From Candidatus Lokiarchaeum ossiferum (GTDB lineage: Archaea > Asgardarchaeota > Lokiarchaeia > Sigyniarchaeales > Promethearchaeaceae), in contig CP104013.1 of the NCBI GenBank assembly GCA_025839675.1, forward strand, positions 1,140,001-1,172,000: a stretch of DNA of 32,000 bases, in the 5' to 3' direction. The notes below the pieces were generated by a model. That model ran no database searches, had not been told where the DNA came from, and worked only from the letters and a program-made list of their open reading frames with translations. The position numbers and the translations under genes were made by a program. Positions 17,579 through 26,440 of the stretch are shown here, piece by piece (positions within the stretch are counted from its first letter, which is position 1; the number at the start of each line of letters is the position of its first letter).

Positions 17579-20500
17579 TTGACAGAAAAAGTCGAAGAAA
17601 AAAAACCAAAATTTGGAAAACAGATTTTTACAGGTTATGTGGCGTCAGAATGTGATCGAAATTTATTTCTCTCAATTTCTCGAAAATTTGAAACAAATTG
17701 GATGAAACCAGTAAGAAAGTTAAAGAAAGGAGATCGTCCAATTAGATCCCCTTCTTTTTTAAAAAGACTTGGACATAAATATGAAAAGGATGTGTATGAT
17801 TTATTATATTCAAATCCAATTTCTTCCACTTCCTTTCGTTTGAGTAAAGAACGACCTGGAAATGAATCCCTTACGAAAGAAATATTTGAGGGTATATATG
17901 ATAGAATCCAAGATGGCCAATATACCGATAAAATTCTTGCTGAATTTGAATATCAACCCCCTGCAACATTTTTTGAAGATCTTCTCTCTCTTTCACCCGA
18001 TTTTCGAGGAATTCCTTTGGATTATGGTAATGTAAGACCGGACATTTTGATAATAGGCAACTCGTTGACTAAAACACAGAATTCTATTATGGAGATTCTT
18101 CCTAATGGGGAAATTAAGGAAATTTTAAACAAGGATTTAGAAACTCGCTTTGGAATAAATATATTTGATGTTAAAAATATTAATAAAGATAAAATCGGAA
18201 AAAAACAATTCATTGAAATTTCCTATTATGCATGGACCTTATCTTATTATCTTTCATCTATTAATATGAACCACAAATTTTTTGTTCAAATTGAAAAGAA
18301 TGGCATATTTCCTCAATATGATAATCTTGAAGATCTTAAATTCAATAATCTTACAGATTTCTATCTCGCTATGATTCCAATAAAGTGGAATGAAGCAAAT
18401 AGAATATTTACAAATGTGGCAAAAAAAATTAGGGAACTTTGGAAAAGTGCACCGAATACTATCGAAAATATCAATGTAAACATTCAACCTACTTGTGGGC
18501 AATGTAGTTATTTAAAAGACTGTATCTATACTTTAGGAAAAACGGAGATGTCTGAAGCGAAAGATTGGTCTTTAAAATTAATACCTTATACATCTAACTC
18601 CATAGCTCAGCAATTGGAAAAATTAGGTTTCGAAACCATCGGAGATGTTGGGAAGAACTTAAATAAAATAATAATTGGAGACATTCCAGAGCCCATCTAT
18701 CCAGAATTGCCGCAACTAGCCCTAAAGACAGCTTCACTACTTAAAAATGACATAGTAATTCCAAAAGGAGGATCTATATATAATACCAGCATCCCCAAGT
18801 ATTCTCCAATTAGCATTGTCTTTGTAGCCGAATCAGATCCAAGTAATGAACGGTTATTTGCATTTGGGATTCAATCAACAATGTCTATCCATCCGAAAGC
18901 ACCATATTGTTTGGCTTTTGACAAGTGGTGGGAAATTTGGAAGGGGGCAATAGCCTCAGATGAACCTTCTGAGTTGATTCGGAAAAAAATTGAAGATGAA
19001 CTATATCAAGAAATGAGTATTGAAGAGATCGACCAAATTAAGTCGTTGCTAACAAATTTATCAAATTTTAAAATTTATATTCCGGGAGATACTATCAAAA
19101 AGAAAAAAATAAATCATGCAAAAATTACATTCCAATTTTCCTATGTTACTGAAGGATTAGAGCCCGATGACGAATTCAAATTAATTTTAGAAGCATTCCC
19201 TCGAATTTATGCCCTTTTAACATTATGTAACTATATCGAAAATCACGTAGTCATTAAAGGAATCAAAGAAGGAACATTTTATGGCCCAGATTCTGCAATT
19301 TTTTACTGGTCCAAAGAGCAATTAAATAATATTGAGCAAATGATGCAGCGTAATTTAGACAAGATAATTAAGAACAAAAAATTGAAGGCTTATTTAGCAG
19401 AATTAGTTTCTTGGTTTGCACCAAGTGATTCTGAGGTAACTCACCCATATCAGCATAAAAAAATGTTCAACTTACAATCTTTTGCAGAAACTTCCATGGG
19501 ATTTCCGAAAATCATAAACTATACGTGGCATGAAATAGCAAAAGATCTTTCTGGAACGATCAGTAATTCCCTATATTGGATACCTCATTTTAATTACATG
19601 GATTTTACAGCATGGCACGAATTTTTAATCAAAAAGGAAGATGATTTGCCAAAAGCATTAGAATTAAAAGAAATATTGCATAGGCAGATAAAACATAAAT
19701 TGCGGGTCCTAAATTGGTTACGAATGAATTTTCAGTTTAAATCTAATAAAAATATCTCTAATAATTCGCGTCCCATAAAAATGGATTCACTTAAATCAAT
19801 AAAATTGGATAGAAATTATCATCAAATTGCTTATGTATGGTATCTATTTTCGAAGTTAGAAGGTACTATGGATGAATTGGAGGCGGAGCATTTCAGAACC
19901 ATCTATCCAGAATTTAGTATTGGAAAATTGGCCGCAGCTCGTGTTTCAAACTTACGAGCTCTTGAAACGGGGGATAAAAAAATTATTCATCGCTTTGAAC
20001 TTCGAAATCTATCTTCCAATATGAAAATAAAAGAAGGAGATCAAGTTTTCTTAATTCCTGAGGAAAAACGAGATTTGAAGGTGGGACCATGGATCCGCGT
20101 CTGGATTATAACCATCGAACGAATGCAATGGAACACCAAAATCTCAGGGTATGAAGTAGAAGCAAAAAAGAAACCGAAAAATTTAATCGAAATTTACAAA
20201 GGGGAAGTCGAATTTCCACAAGAAAATCCTCAATGGTATTTGTATCCCTATGCTTTTGATGCATGGTCAACAAAGTTATTTAATCAAAAAGGAGAAGGGC
20301 TTTTACAAAATAATCATTTTGGAGATTCTTGGTTGGGAAAGCGATTATCTTTTTTCTGGGATATTCGTGCCAATCCAGAATTATTTTGGCCGAAATCTTG
20401 GCAATTTAGCACCCCAGAAGTATATTACTACGACCCATCTCAGCTCCCCGATGAAATTACAAAAGAATCTGAAAGTGAACAAAATATTCTCTACTCGGAC

Positions 20501-22117
20501 ATATATCCTTCCCCCGATCCATCTCAAAGTGATGCGATAGATTTCGCGTTAAGAAATGTACTTTATGCGATAAAAGGACCTCCAGGTACCGGCAAATCTC
20601 AAACTATAGCAGCGTTAATTGACGAATATATTTTACGATGTCAAAAGAAAGGACAAAAATCAGTAAAAATTTTAGTTACTGCATTTTCTTATTCTGCTAT
20701 TTTTGTGTTGATTGATAAAATCCAAAAAAGTCGTAATAGCAAGCAAAAACCTACTCTTTCTGCCCAGTTACAAAAAATATTCATCCGTTCAGGTTCCCGT
20801 GATCCTATTGCCGATGAAAAGGGATGCCGGCACATTGATGATTTAGTTCGCGAAAATGGGGCATGGAAATGGAATGGTCTTTCACGAACAGTCACAAAAA
20901 AGAAAAAACTTGAAGAAGTTTTGGAAGAGAATTATATTATTTTTGCCAACGCACACCAATTATATAGATTAAGGGAGCGAGTTAAGGATTCATTTGAATT
21001 TGATCTAATAGTAGTGGATGAAGCCAGTCAATTACCCACAGATCAATTCATGGCAAGCTTACAATATATCCATAAAGAAACATTTCATCTTCAACCAAAA
21101 TCAATGGAATCTGTTTCTCAAGCATTTGGCACAGAAATTGAGAATTTTGAATCAGTTCAAAAGTTAAAAAACATAAACCCAATCAACATAAATAATTTAA
21201 CTAAAGTCGTTATAGTCGGTGATTATAATCAATTACCTCCAGTTCAGCGTATTAATCCACCAAAGAATCTTGAAAAAGTATTAGATAGTTTATTTAGTTA
21301 TTATGTCAGGTATCACAAAATTAAATCGTCTCAATTAAAGGTAAATTATCGATCCCATGAAGAAATTGTTGCCTTTACATCTCAATTGGGGATTTATGAG
21401 GATTTAACCGCATTTTCTTTGAATGCAAAACGAAAAATTACCGGAAACGTAAATCAGATTAAAATTCCTTGGATAAAAACAATTTTAGATCCTGAAGTTA
21501 TTGCTGGAGCAATCATTCACACCACTCAATTTGAAATTGCCATAAGTGCTATTGAGGCATCGATTGTATCTCAGATTGTGATACAATATTTTTTCATGAA
21601 AGAAATTCGGGATGAAAATGAAGAGAGAAAATTCTGGCAAGAAGCAATTGGGGTTGTGGCCCCCCATAATGCTCAAGGACGCCTTATCATCTTAAAAATA
21701 TTTCAAGCCTTGACCGATCCAAAGGATACTTTAACTTTTCTTTCAAACACTGAACTCATGGATTTACTGAAAAGTAGCATTTATTCTGTGGAAAAATTCC
21801 AAGGATCGGATAGAGAATTTATTTTAGCCACCTTTGGACTCTCAGATAAGGATCAATTACGAGCTGAAGATGAGTTTATTTATGATTTAAATCGGTTTAA
21901 TGTGCTTACATCCCGAGCTAAGTCGAAGATAATCGTCTTGTGCAGTCAAGAATTCTTAGATTATATCCCAGATGATAGGGAAATTATGGATCAAGCCGCT
22001 CAAACCCGAAATTATGCTTTAGACTTCTGTAACCATGAAACAAGTATGAAAGTCGAAATCGAAAAATCCACCGGAAAATTTGAAATGGAAACAATTCTAT
22101 TCCGTTGGAAGGGTTAG
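17579..22117 (+). CDS. Fusion of an Fe-S PD-(D/E)XK nuclease (Cas4/AddB/Dna2-type) with an SF1B (Upf1/Dna2-like) helicase, 1512 aa
   Basis: TTG start. Nuclease domain: C25 in the CDRNLFL context plus C306-x2-C309-x5-C315 (nt 17651, 18494-18523), with D155 (RPDIL), D197-V-K199 (IFDVK) and Q210 (QFIEISYY). Helicase domain: Walker A GPPGTGKS aa 1000-1007 (nt 20576-20599), DEASQ aa 1147-1151, GDYNQLPPV aa 1214-1222, NYRSH, FQGSDRE and NVLTSRAKSK. Confidence 0.9.
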   Translation: MTEKVEEKKPKFGKQIFTGYVASECDRNLFLSISRKFETNWMKPVRKLKKGDRPIRSPSFLKRLGHKYEKDVYDLLYSNPISSTSFRLSKERPGNESLTKEIFEGIYDRIQDGQYTDKILAEFEYQPPATFFEDLLSLSPDFRGIPLDYGNVRPDILIIGNSLTKTQNSIMEILPNGEIKEILNKDLETRFGINIFDVKNINKDKIGKKQFIEISYYAWTLSYYLSSINMNHKFFVQIEKNGIFPQYDNLEDLKFNNLTDFYLAMIPIKWNEANRIFTNVAKKIRELWKSAPNTIENINVNIQPTCGQCSYLKDCIYTLGKTEMSEAKDWSLKLIPYTSNSIAQQLEKLGFETIGDVGKNLNKIIIGDIPEPIYPELPQLALKTASLLKNDIVIPKGGSIYNTSIPKYSPISIVFVAESDPSNERLFAFGIQSTMSIHPKAPYCLAFDKWWEIWKGAIASDEPSELIRKKIEDELYQEMSIEEIDQIKSLLTNLSNFKIYIPGDTIKKKKINHAKITFQFSYVTEGLEPDDEFKLILEAFPRIYALLTLCNYIENHVVIKGIKEGTFYGPDSAIFYWSKEQLNNIEQMMQRNLDKIIKNKKLKAYLAELVSWFAPSDSEVTHPYQHKKMFNLQSFAETSMGFPKIINYTWHEIAKDLSGTISNSLYWIPHFNYMDFTAWHEFLIKKEDDLPKALELKEILHRQIKHKLRVLNWLRMNFQFKSNKNISNNSRPIKMDSLKSIKLDRNYHQIAYVWYLFSKLEGTMDELEAEHFRTIYPEFSIGKLAAARVSNLRALETGDKKIIHRFELRNLSSNMKIKEGDQVFLIPEEKRDLKVGPWIRVWIITIERMQWNTKISGYEVEAKKKPKNLIEIYKGEVEFPQENPQWYLYPYAFDAWSTKLFNQKGEGLLQNNHFGDSWLGKRLSFFWDIRANPELFWPKSWQFSTPEVYYYDPSQLPDEITKESESEQNILYSDIYPSPDPSQSDAIDFALRNVLYAIKGPPGTGKSQTIAALIDEYILRCQKKGQKSVKILVTAFSYSAIFVLIDKIQKSRNSKQKPTLSAQLQKIFIRSGSRDPIADEKGCRHIDDLVRENGAWKWNGLSRTVTKKKKLEEVLEENYIIFANAHQLYRLRERVKDSFEFDLIVVDEASQLPTDQFMASLQYIHKETFHLQPKSMESVSQAFGTEIENFESVQKLKNINPININNLTKVVIVGDYNQLPPVQRINPPKNLEKVLDSLFSYYVRYHKIKSSQLKVNYRSHEEIVAFTSQLGIYEDLTAFSLNAKRKITGNVNQIKIPWIKTILDPEVIAGAIIHTTQFEIAISAIEASIVSQIVIQYFFMKEIRDENEERKFWQEAIGVVAPHNAQGRLIILKIFQALTDPKDTLTFLSNTELMDLLKSSIYSVEKFQGSDREFILATFGLSDKDQLRAEDEFIYDLNRFNVLTSRAKSKIIVLCSQEFLDYIPDDREIMDQAAQTRNYALDFCNHETSMKVEIEKSTGKFEMETILFRWKG

Positions 22118-22120
22118 CGA

Positions 22121-22128
22121 TTTTAAAA
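22121..22128 (+). promoter_or_regulatory. TATA-like box (TTTTAAAA) in the 58-nt helicase-mre11 spacer
   Basis: The sequence gaTTTTAAAAgg sits about 48 nt before the mre11 ATG. It suggests mre11-rad50 may have an internal promoter in addition to read-through. Weak evidence in AT-rich DNA. Confidence 0.25.
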
Positions 22129-22175
22129 GGAAGAAGTGTTAATAAAGAATAGAAAAAAAAAACAATCTGATAAAA

Positions 22176-23693
22176 ATGGTTAAATTTCTTCATATTGCCG
22201 ATACTCACTTGGGCTATAAACAATATAATCTTCAAACTCGATATAATGATTTCATCCAAGCATTTCAATTTATCTTAAATAAAGCAATTGACGAAAGGGT
22301 GGATTTTGTATTAATTGCTGGCGATATGTTTAATGATAGTAAAGTGAATCCGGAAACTCTAAGTAAAGTATATCAAATCCTATCTCAATATCAGGACACA
22401 ACTAAATTGAAATTGAAGAAAGATATTCCCATTTTGGCAATTGAAGGGAACCATGATAGTCCAATTTTTTCATCTCAATCGTGGATGAAATTTTTGGCAG
22501 ATTTAGGATTGATTCACCTCCTTTCAGGAGATTATAACACGACATCAAAAACAGTTACTTTCACACCCTATTCACCAGAAACAAATCGGGGAGGATTCAT
22601 AGAACTAGAAGGGGTTAGAATTTATGGGCTGCCTTATTTTGGAAGTAATACACCTTTATTATTTCCAGCGATCTACGAAGCAATCCAAGAATCAGATGAT
22701 TATTTTACTATTTTGATGATGCATTTTGGTATTGCTGGAAGAGATAAAAAAAAAGCGGGAATTAATTACACCCCAGAATTGGAAAAACTCCATAAAAAGG
22801 TGAATTATCTCGCTTTGGGTCATTTTCATACGATGTACACTTTTCCAATGGAAGATGAATGGATTTATAACCCAGGTAGCAGTGAAATAAATGATATCAA
22901 AGAATATGACGTAAATAGGGATCATGGAGCATTTTTAATTGAAATAAATGCAAGTGATACAAAGAATTTTGAAGTTACTAAAATTCTATGTGAAAATGGG
23001 GACTCCCAATCAAAAAATCTAATCCCAAATCGCACTTTTTATTCTCCCACTCCAATGAATGTTGGAGCTTCAAAAGCAACTTCCTTTAAAGAGACATTAC
23101 AAGAAGTCATTAAAAATCTAAAGGCTTTTGGATTTAAATCACGGAAAAATGAAGATAATATAAACAAATCGGATAATTTAAACTATCCAATCTTAGTACT
23201 TACCTTATTTGGAACGGTACCTTATTCGCGGTTAGAATTCAATACTCGTCAATTACGGGAACACATTTTAGAGGAACTCGATATTTTGGATGCACGCATT
23301 TACAGCACTTCAATTCAGTCCGAATTAGATGGAATAATCATTGAAGGTGATGAAGAACTTTCAATTGATGAAATTGAGAAAAAAGTATTCGAATTTATGA
23401 TTGATAGTAATAAAAATTATACTCCTGCAAGAACTGATTTATTAAACTTAATTTTCGATATCAAAGCACAATTGCAAGAAATCGATGCAGATCCTAAATT
23501 TCTAAAGGATCATATAAAACAATGGTATTCTTCCCATATTTCAGAATTGAAGGGCAAAGAAGGAAAGAAAATTAAAGAAAAAAAAATTCAAAATACTGAA
23601 AATGATGCAAATTTAGACGATATGGATGATCTATTGGGCGATTTAACGGAATATGAAGATTCTGGAGAAGAAGAATTTGATTTTGAATTATAG
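22176..23693 (+). CDS. mre11: DNA double-strand break repair nuclease Mre11
   Basis: 505-aa ORF carrying all the calcineurin-like phosphoesterase motifs: HIADTHLG (D9, H11), IAGDMFN (D50), EGNHD (N92, H93), MMHFG and LGHFH. The N-terminal 110 aa are almost collinear with Pyrococcus-type Mre11 as I recall it. The C-terminal extension ends in an acidic tail. Confidence 0.9.
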   Translation: MVKFLHIADTHLGYKQYNLQTRYNDFIQAFQFILNKAIDERVDFVLIAGDMFNDSKVNPETLSKVYQILSQYQDTTKLKLKKDIPILAIEGNHDSPIFSSQSWMKFLADLGLIHLLSGDYNTTSKTVTFTPYSPETNRGGFIELEGVRIYGLPYFGSNTPLLFPAIYEAIQESDDYFTILMMHFGIAGRDKKKAGINYTPELEKLHKKVNYLALGHFHTMYTFPMEDEWIYNPGSSEINDIKEYDVNRDHGAFLIEINASDTKNFEVTKILCENGDSQSKNLIPNRTFYSPTPMNVGASKATSFKETLQEVIKNLKAFGFKSRKNEDNINKSDNLNYPILVLTLFGTVPYSRLEFNTRQLREHILEELDILDARIYSTSIQSELDGIIIEGDEELSIDEIEKKVFEFMIDSNKNYTPARTDLLNLIFDIKAQLQEIDADPKFLKDHIKQWYSSHISELKGKEGKKIKEKKIQNTENDANLDDMDDLLGDLTEYEDSGEEEFDFEL

Positions 23694-23707
23694 GAGGAAT
23701 TTTACAT

Positions 23708-26416
23708 ATGATAATTGAAAAAATCCAATTACGGAATATTACTACTCATAAAGATACAACAATTTCATTTCAAAATGGTCTTAATGTCTTAGCGGGAGCA
23801 AATGGAACAGGTAAATCAACAGTTCTAAAAATGATTGGGCATAATTTATTTGATTTTCTCCCAGCAAAAAGTCAAAATGTCTATGTCAGGGATGCACCCG
23901 ATGCTGGAAAGTCTGGGCTAGTAAAAATATGGGTTCGAGGAGTAGATGATCATCCCTTTTTAATTGAAAGATCCGTTGCCCGGAAACCGAATACTATCAA
24001 GGTAACCGATCTTTTAACAAGTACCATTATTGATAAAATCCATAATAAAGCCAATTTGCAAAAATGGTTAAAAATACAAACTGGAATAAACCAAGAGCAT
24101 GATCTCTCAAAATTATTTCAAAATGCCATTGGAGTTGAGCAAGGGACATTTACTGAACCATTTTTACGACGTCCAAGTGATAGGAAAGATTTTTTTAACC
24201 CTTTGCTTAATGTAGAAATTTATAATAAAATCTACAAAAAATCGGCTAGTATTGTCAAAGAATTTAATGAAGAGATTAATGAGTATAAATTAGAAATTAA
24301 AGGGTATAAAACTCAATTAGAACGAAAAGTGGTTTTAGAAAAGAGTCTAAATAGGTTACAAGCTGAAATTCTGGACAATACAACAAAAAAAAAGATCTTA
24401 TCCCAAGAATTTACTAAAATTCAATCAAAGTATCAAAAATCAAAACAAATTAAAGAGCAAATTGAGAAGCTTCAAAGGAATATTTCAGAATTAACTCAAG
24501 AACAAACTAATATCGCTCAGCAAAGTTCAATAATTACATCCCAAAGACAAGAATCAGAAAAAGCGAAAGAAATTTGCCAACAAAACTTATCTCCAGCTCA
24601 AGAATTTATTAAAATTAAAAAAATTGAAGAAGAACTCATTACTAAAAAAGAAAAATTTGATAGATTGATGAAAACTCAACATACCCTTGAGAAAAACTTG
24701 ACAACCATTCAAACTAAAATCGAAGCATTTCAAAAGCAAAAAGAAGAAATCGAAAACTTGAAAGAATCATATCAAAATCTCAAAAAAGATTATGAAACCT
24801 ACCAGAAAAACTCTCTTAGACTAGAACAAATTCAACAATTAAGTACTCAAACACGAATGAAAAGAGACATTTATGAAAAGCAATCAAAAAACATTCTAAC
24901 CACTCAGAAATCCATTGATGATATTAAACAGAAAATTGTCAAAATTCCAGAGTTACGCACTTTAGTAGATCAAATGGAAAAAGTTCAAGAGGAACTTACT
25001 AAAATAGAAAAACAAATTTCTGTTCTGCTAACTCAAAAAAAGGAGTATGAAAAAAACAAGGAAAGCTCTAAAGATGGAAAATGTCCTTTTTTGGGATCCA
25101 AATGTCAAAATATAGAAGGAGAATCCCTAACCACTTATTTTGAAAAACTACTTGCTACCAATTTCCAGGCACTGCAAAAAAGTAATCAACATCGAAAAAC
25201 GCTAATAAGTCAATTCCAGAAATGTAAAGAAGCTCAACAATCATTAGATCGATTAAAACTATTAGAAGCGCAAGTACAACAAAAATTAGAGTTAGTTAAT
25301 CAACTCAAACTTGAAAATGTTGCGATTAAAGTATTTTTAGACGAAAATAGAAATGTGAAGACTGAACTTGACTCTCTTCAAAAGAAACAAATTTCATTAA
25401 AAAGCAAAGCAGAACAATATCAAATAGTTCATAGCAAAATTACAACAGATTTACCCATTTTGAATAAAAAAATATCTGTAATGCGTGAAAACCGGAAACC
25501 TATTGAGGCAAAAATTGCCCCGATTTTAAAATATCTGCAGGAAAATAATTCAATTTCTGAAAAATTAGGGCAAGTTCGAACCACTCTTAAGAAGCTCCTT
25601 CCAAGTTATGAGAAATATCAAACAAATCTTCAACAATCGAGAAAATTACCGGCTATTTTAGAACAACTTGACAATTTAAAACAAAAATCTATTGTGAATC
25701 AAAAAAAATTAAAGCAAATTCAGGTAACCCACCAAAACTTGAATAAACAATTTGATCTCCACGATTTTGACAAACTAGAGCAAAAAAAAGAAAAATTGAA
25801 TAATGAATTGACTATGATCAAGCAAGATATTCTAAATAAAACCCAACAACAGCATGAACTCGAACGAGAATTTCAAGATTTACTGAAAATTGAAAATAAG
25901 CTCTCGGACATCATTAAAGATTTTGAGAATTTGGAAAACGCATTAGCTTTTACTCAAACGATACGCGATTGGTTTAGAGAAGCAGGACCCAAAATAACCG
26001 GGGCTTTACTAAATAATATTAATCGTCTTGCCTCAGAATTGTTTAGGGATCTCATGGGACTTGACGGGGTAAAATTAATCTGGCAAGAAGATTTTGATGT
26101 TTTAGTCATCTCCAGTCAAAATGAACGCGTATTTTCCCAGCTTTCTGGGGGAGAACAAATGGCTGTCGCCCTTGCCATTCGATTAGCCATATTACGAATT
26201 TTAACATCGATTGATTTTGCATTTTTTGACGAACCGACCACGAATTTAGACACGATTAAACGGCAGAATTTGGCCAAATGTATCCAAAATGTGCGCGGTT
26301 TTCGCCAACTATTTGTGATTTCACATGATGATACCTTTGAAGAAAATGCAGATCATGTAATCCGCTTTGAAAAAGATGAGAGTGAAACTACAAAGGTGGA
26401 TTTTTTAAAAGTTTAA
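23708..26416 (+). CDS. rad50: Rad50-type SMC-like ATPase
   Basis: 902-aa ORF. GGAGG at 23693-23697 lies 10 nt before the ATG. Walker A GANGTGKST (aa 30-38), Q-loop VEQG, then about 600 aa of K/E/Q-rich coiled coil with a central Cys pair (C459, C466). The C-terminal part carries signature LSGGEQ, Walker B FAFFDEPT and H-loop VISHD. Confidence 0.9.
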   Translation: MIIEKIQLRNITTHKDTTISFQNGLNVLAGANGTGKSTVLKMIGHNLFDFLPAKSQNVYVRDAPDAGKSGLVKIWVRGVDDHPFLIERSVARKPNTIKVTDLLTSTIIDKIHNKANLQKWLKIQTGINQEHDLSKLFQNAIGVEQGTFTEPFLRRPSDRKDFFNPLLNVEIYNKIYKKSASIVKEFNEEINEYKLEIKGYKTQLERKVVLEKSLNRLQAEILDNTTKKKILSQEFTKIQSKYQKSKQIKEQIEKLQRNISELTQEQTNIAQQSSIITSQRQESEKAKEICQQNLSPAQEFIKIKKIEEELITKKEKFDRLMKTQHTLEKNLTTIQTKIEAFQKQKEEIENLKESYQNLKKDYETYQKNSLRLEQIQQLSTQTRMKRDIYEKQSKNILTTQKSIDDIKQKIVKIPELRTLVDQMEKVQEELTKIEKQISVLLTQKKEYEKNKESSKDGKCPFLGSKCQNIEGESLTTYFEKLLATNFQALQKSNQHRKTLISQFQKCKEAQQSLDRLKLLEAQVQQKLELVNQLKLENVAIKVFLDENRNVKTELDSLQKKQISLKSKAEQYQIVHSKITTDLPILNKKISVMRENRKPIEAKIAPILKYLQENNSISEKLGQVRTTLKKLLPSYEKYQTNLQQSRKLPAILEQLDNLKQKSIVNQKKLKQIQVTHQNLNKQFDLHDFDKLEQKKEKLNNELTMIKQDILNKTQQQHELEREFQDLLKIENKLSDIIKDFENLENALAFTQTIRDWFREAGPKITGALLNNINRLASELFRDLMGLDGVKLIWQEDFDVLVISSQNERVFSQLSGGEQMAVALAIRLAILRILTSIDFAFFDEPTTNLDTIKRQNLAKCIQNVRGFRQLFVISHDDTFEENADHVIRFEKDESETTKVDFLKV

Positions 26417-26440
26417 GTCTACTTAAACGAAAGTATATTT

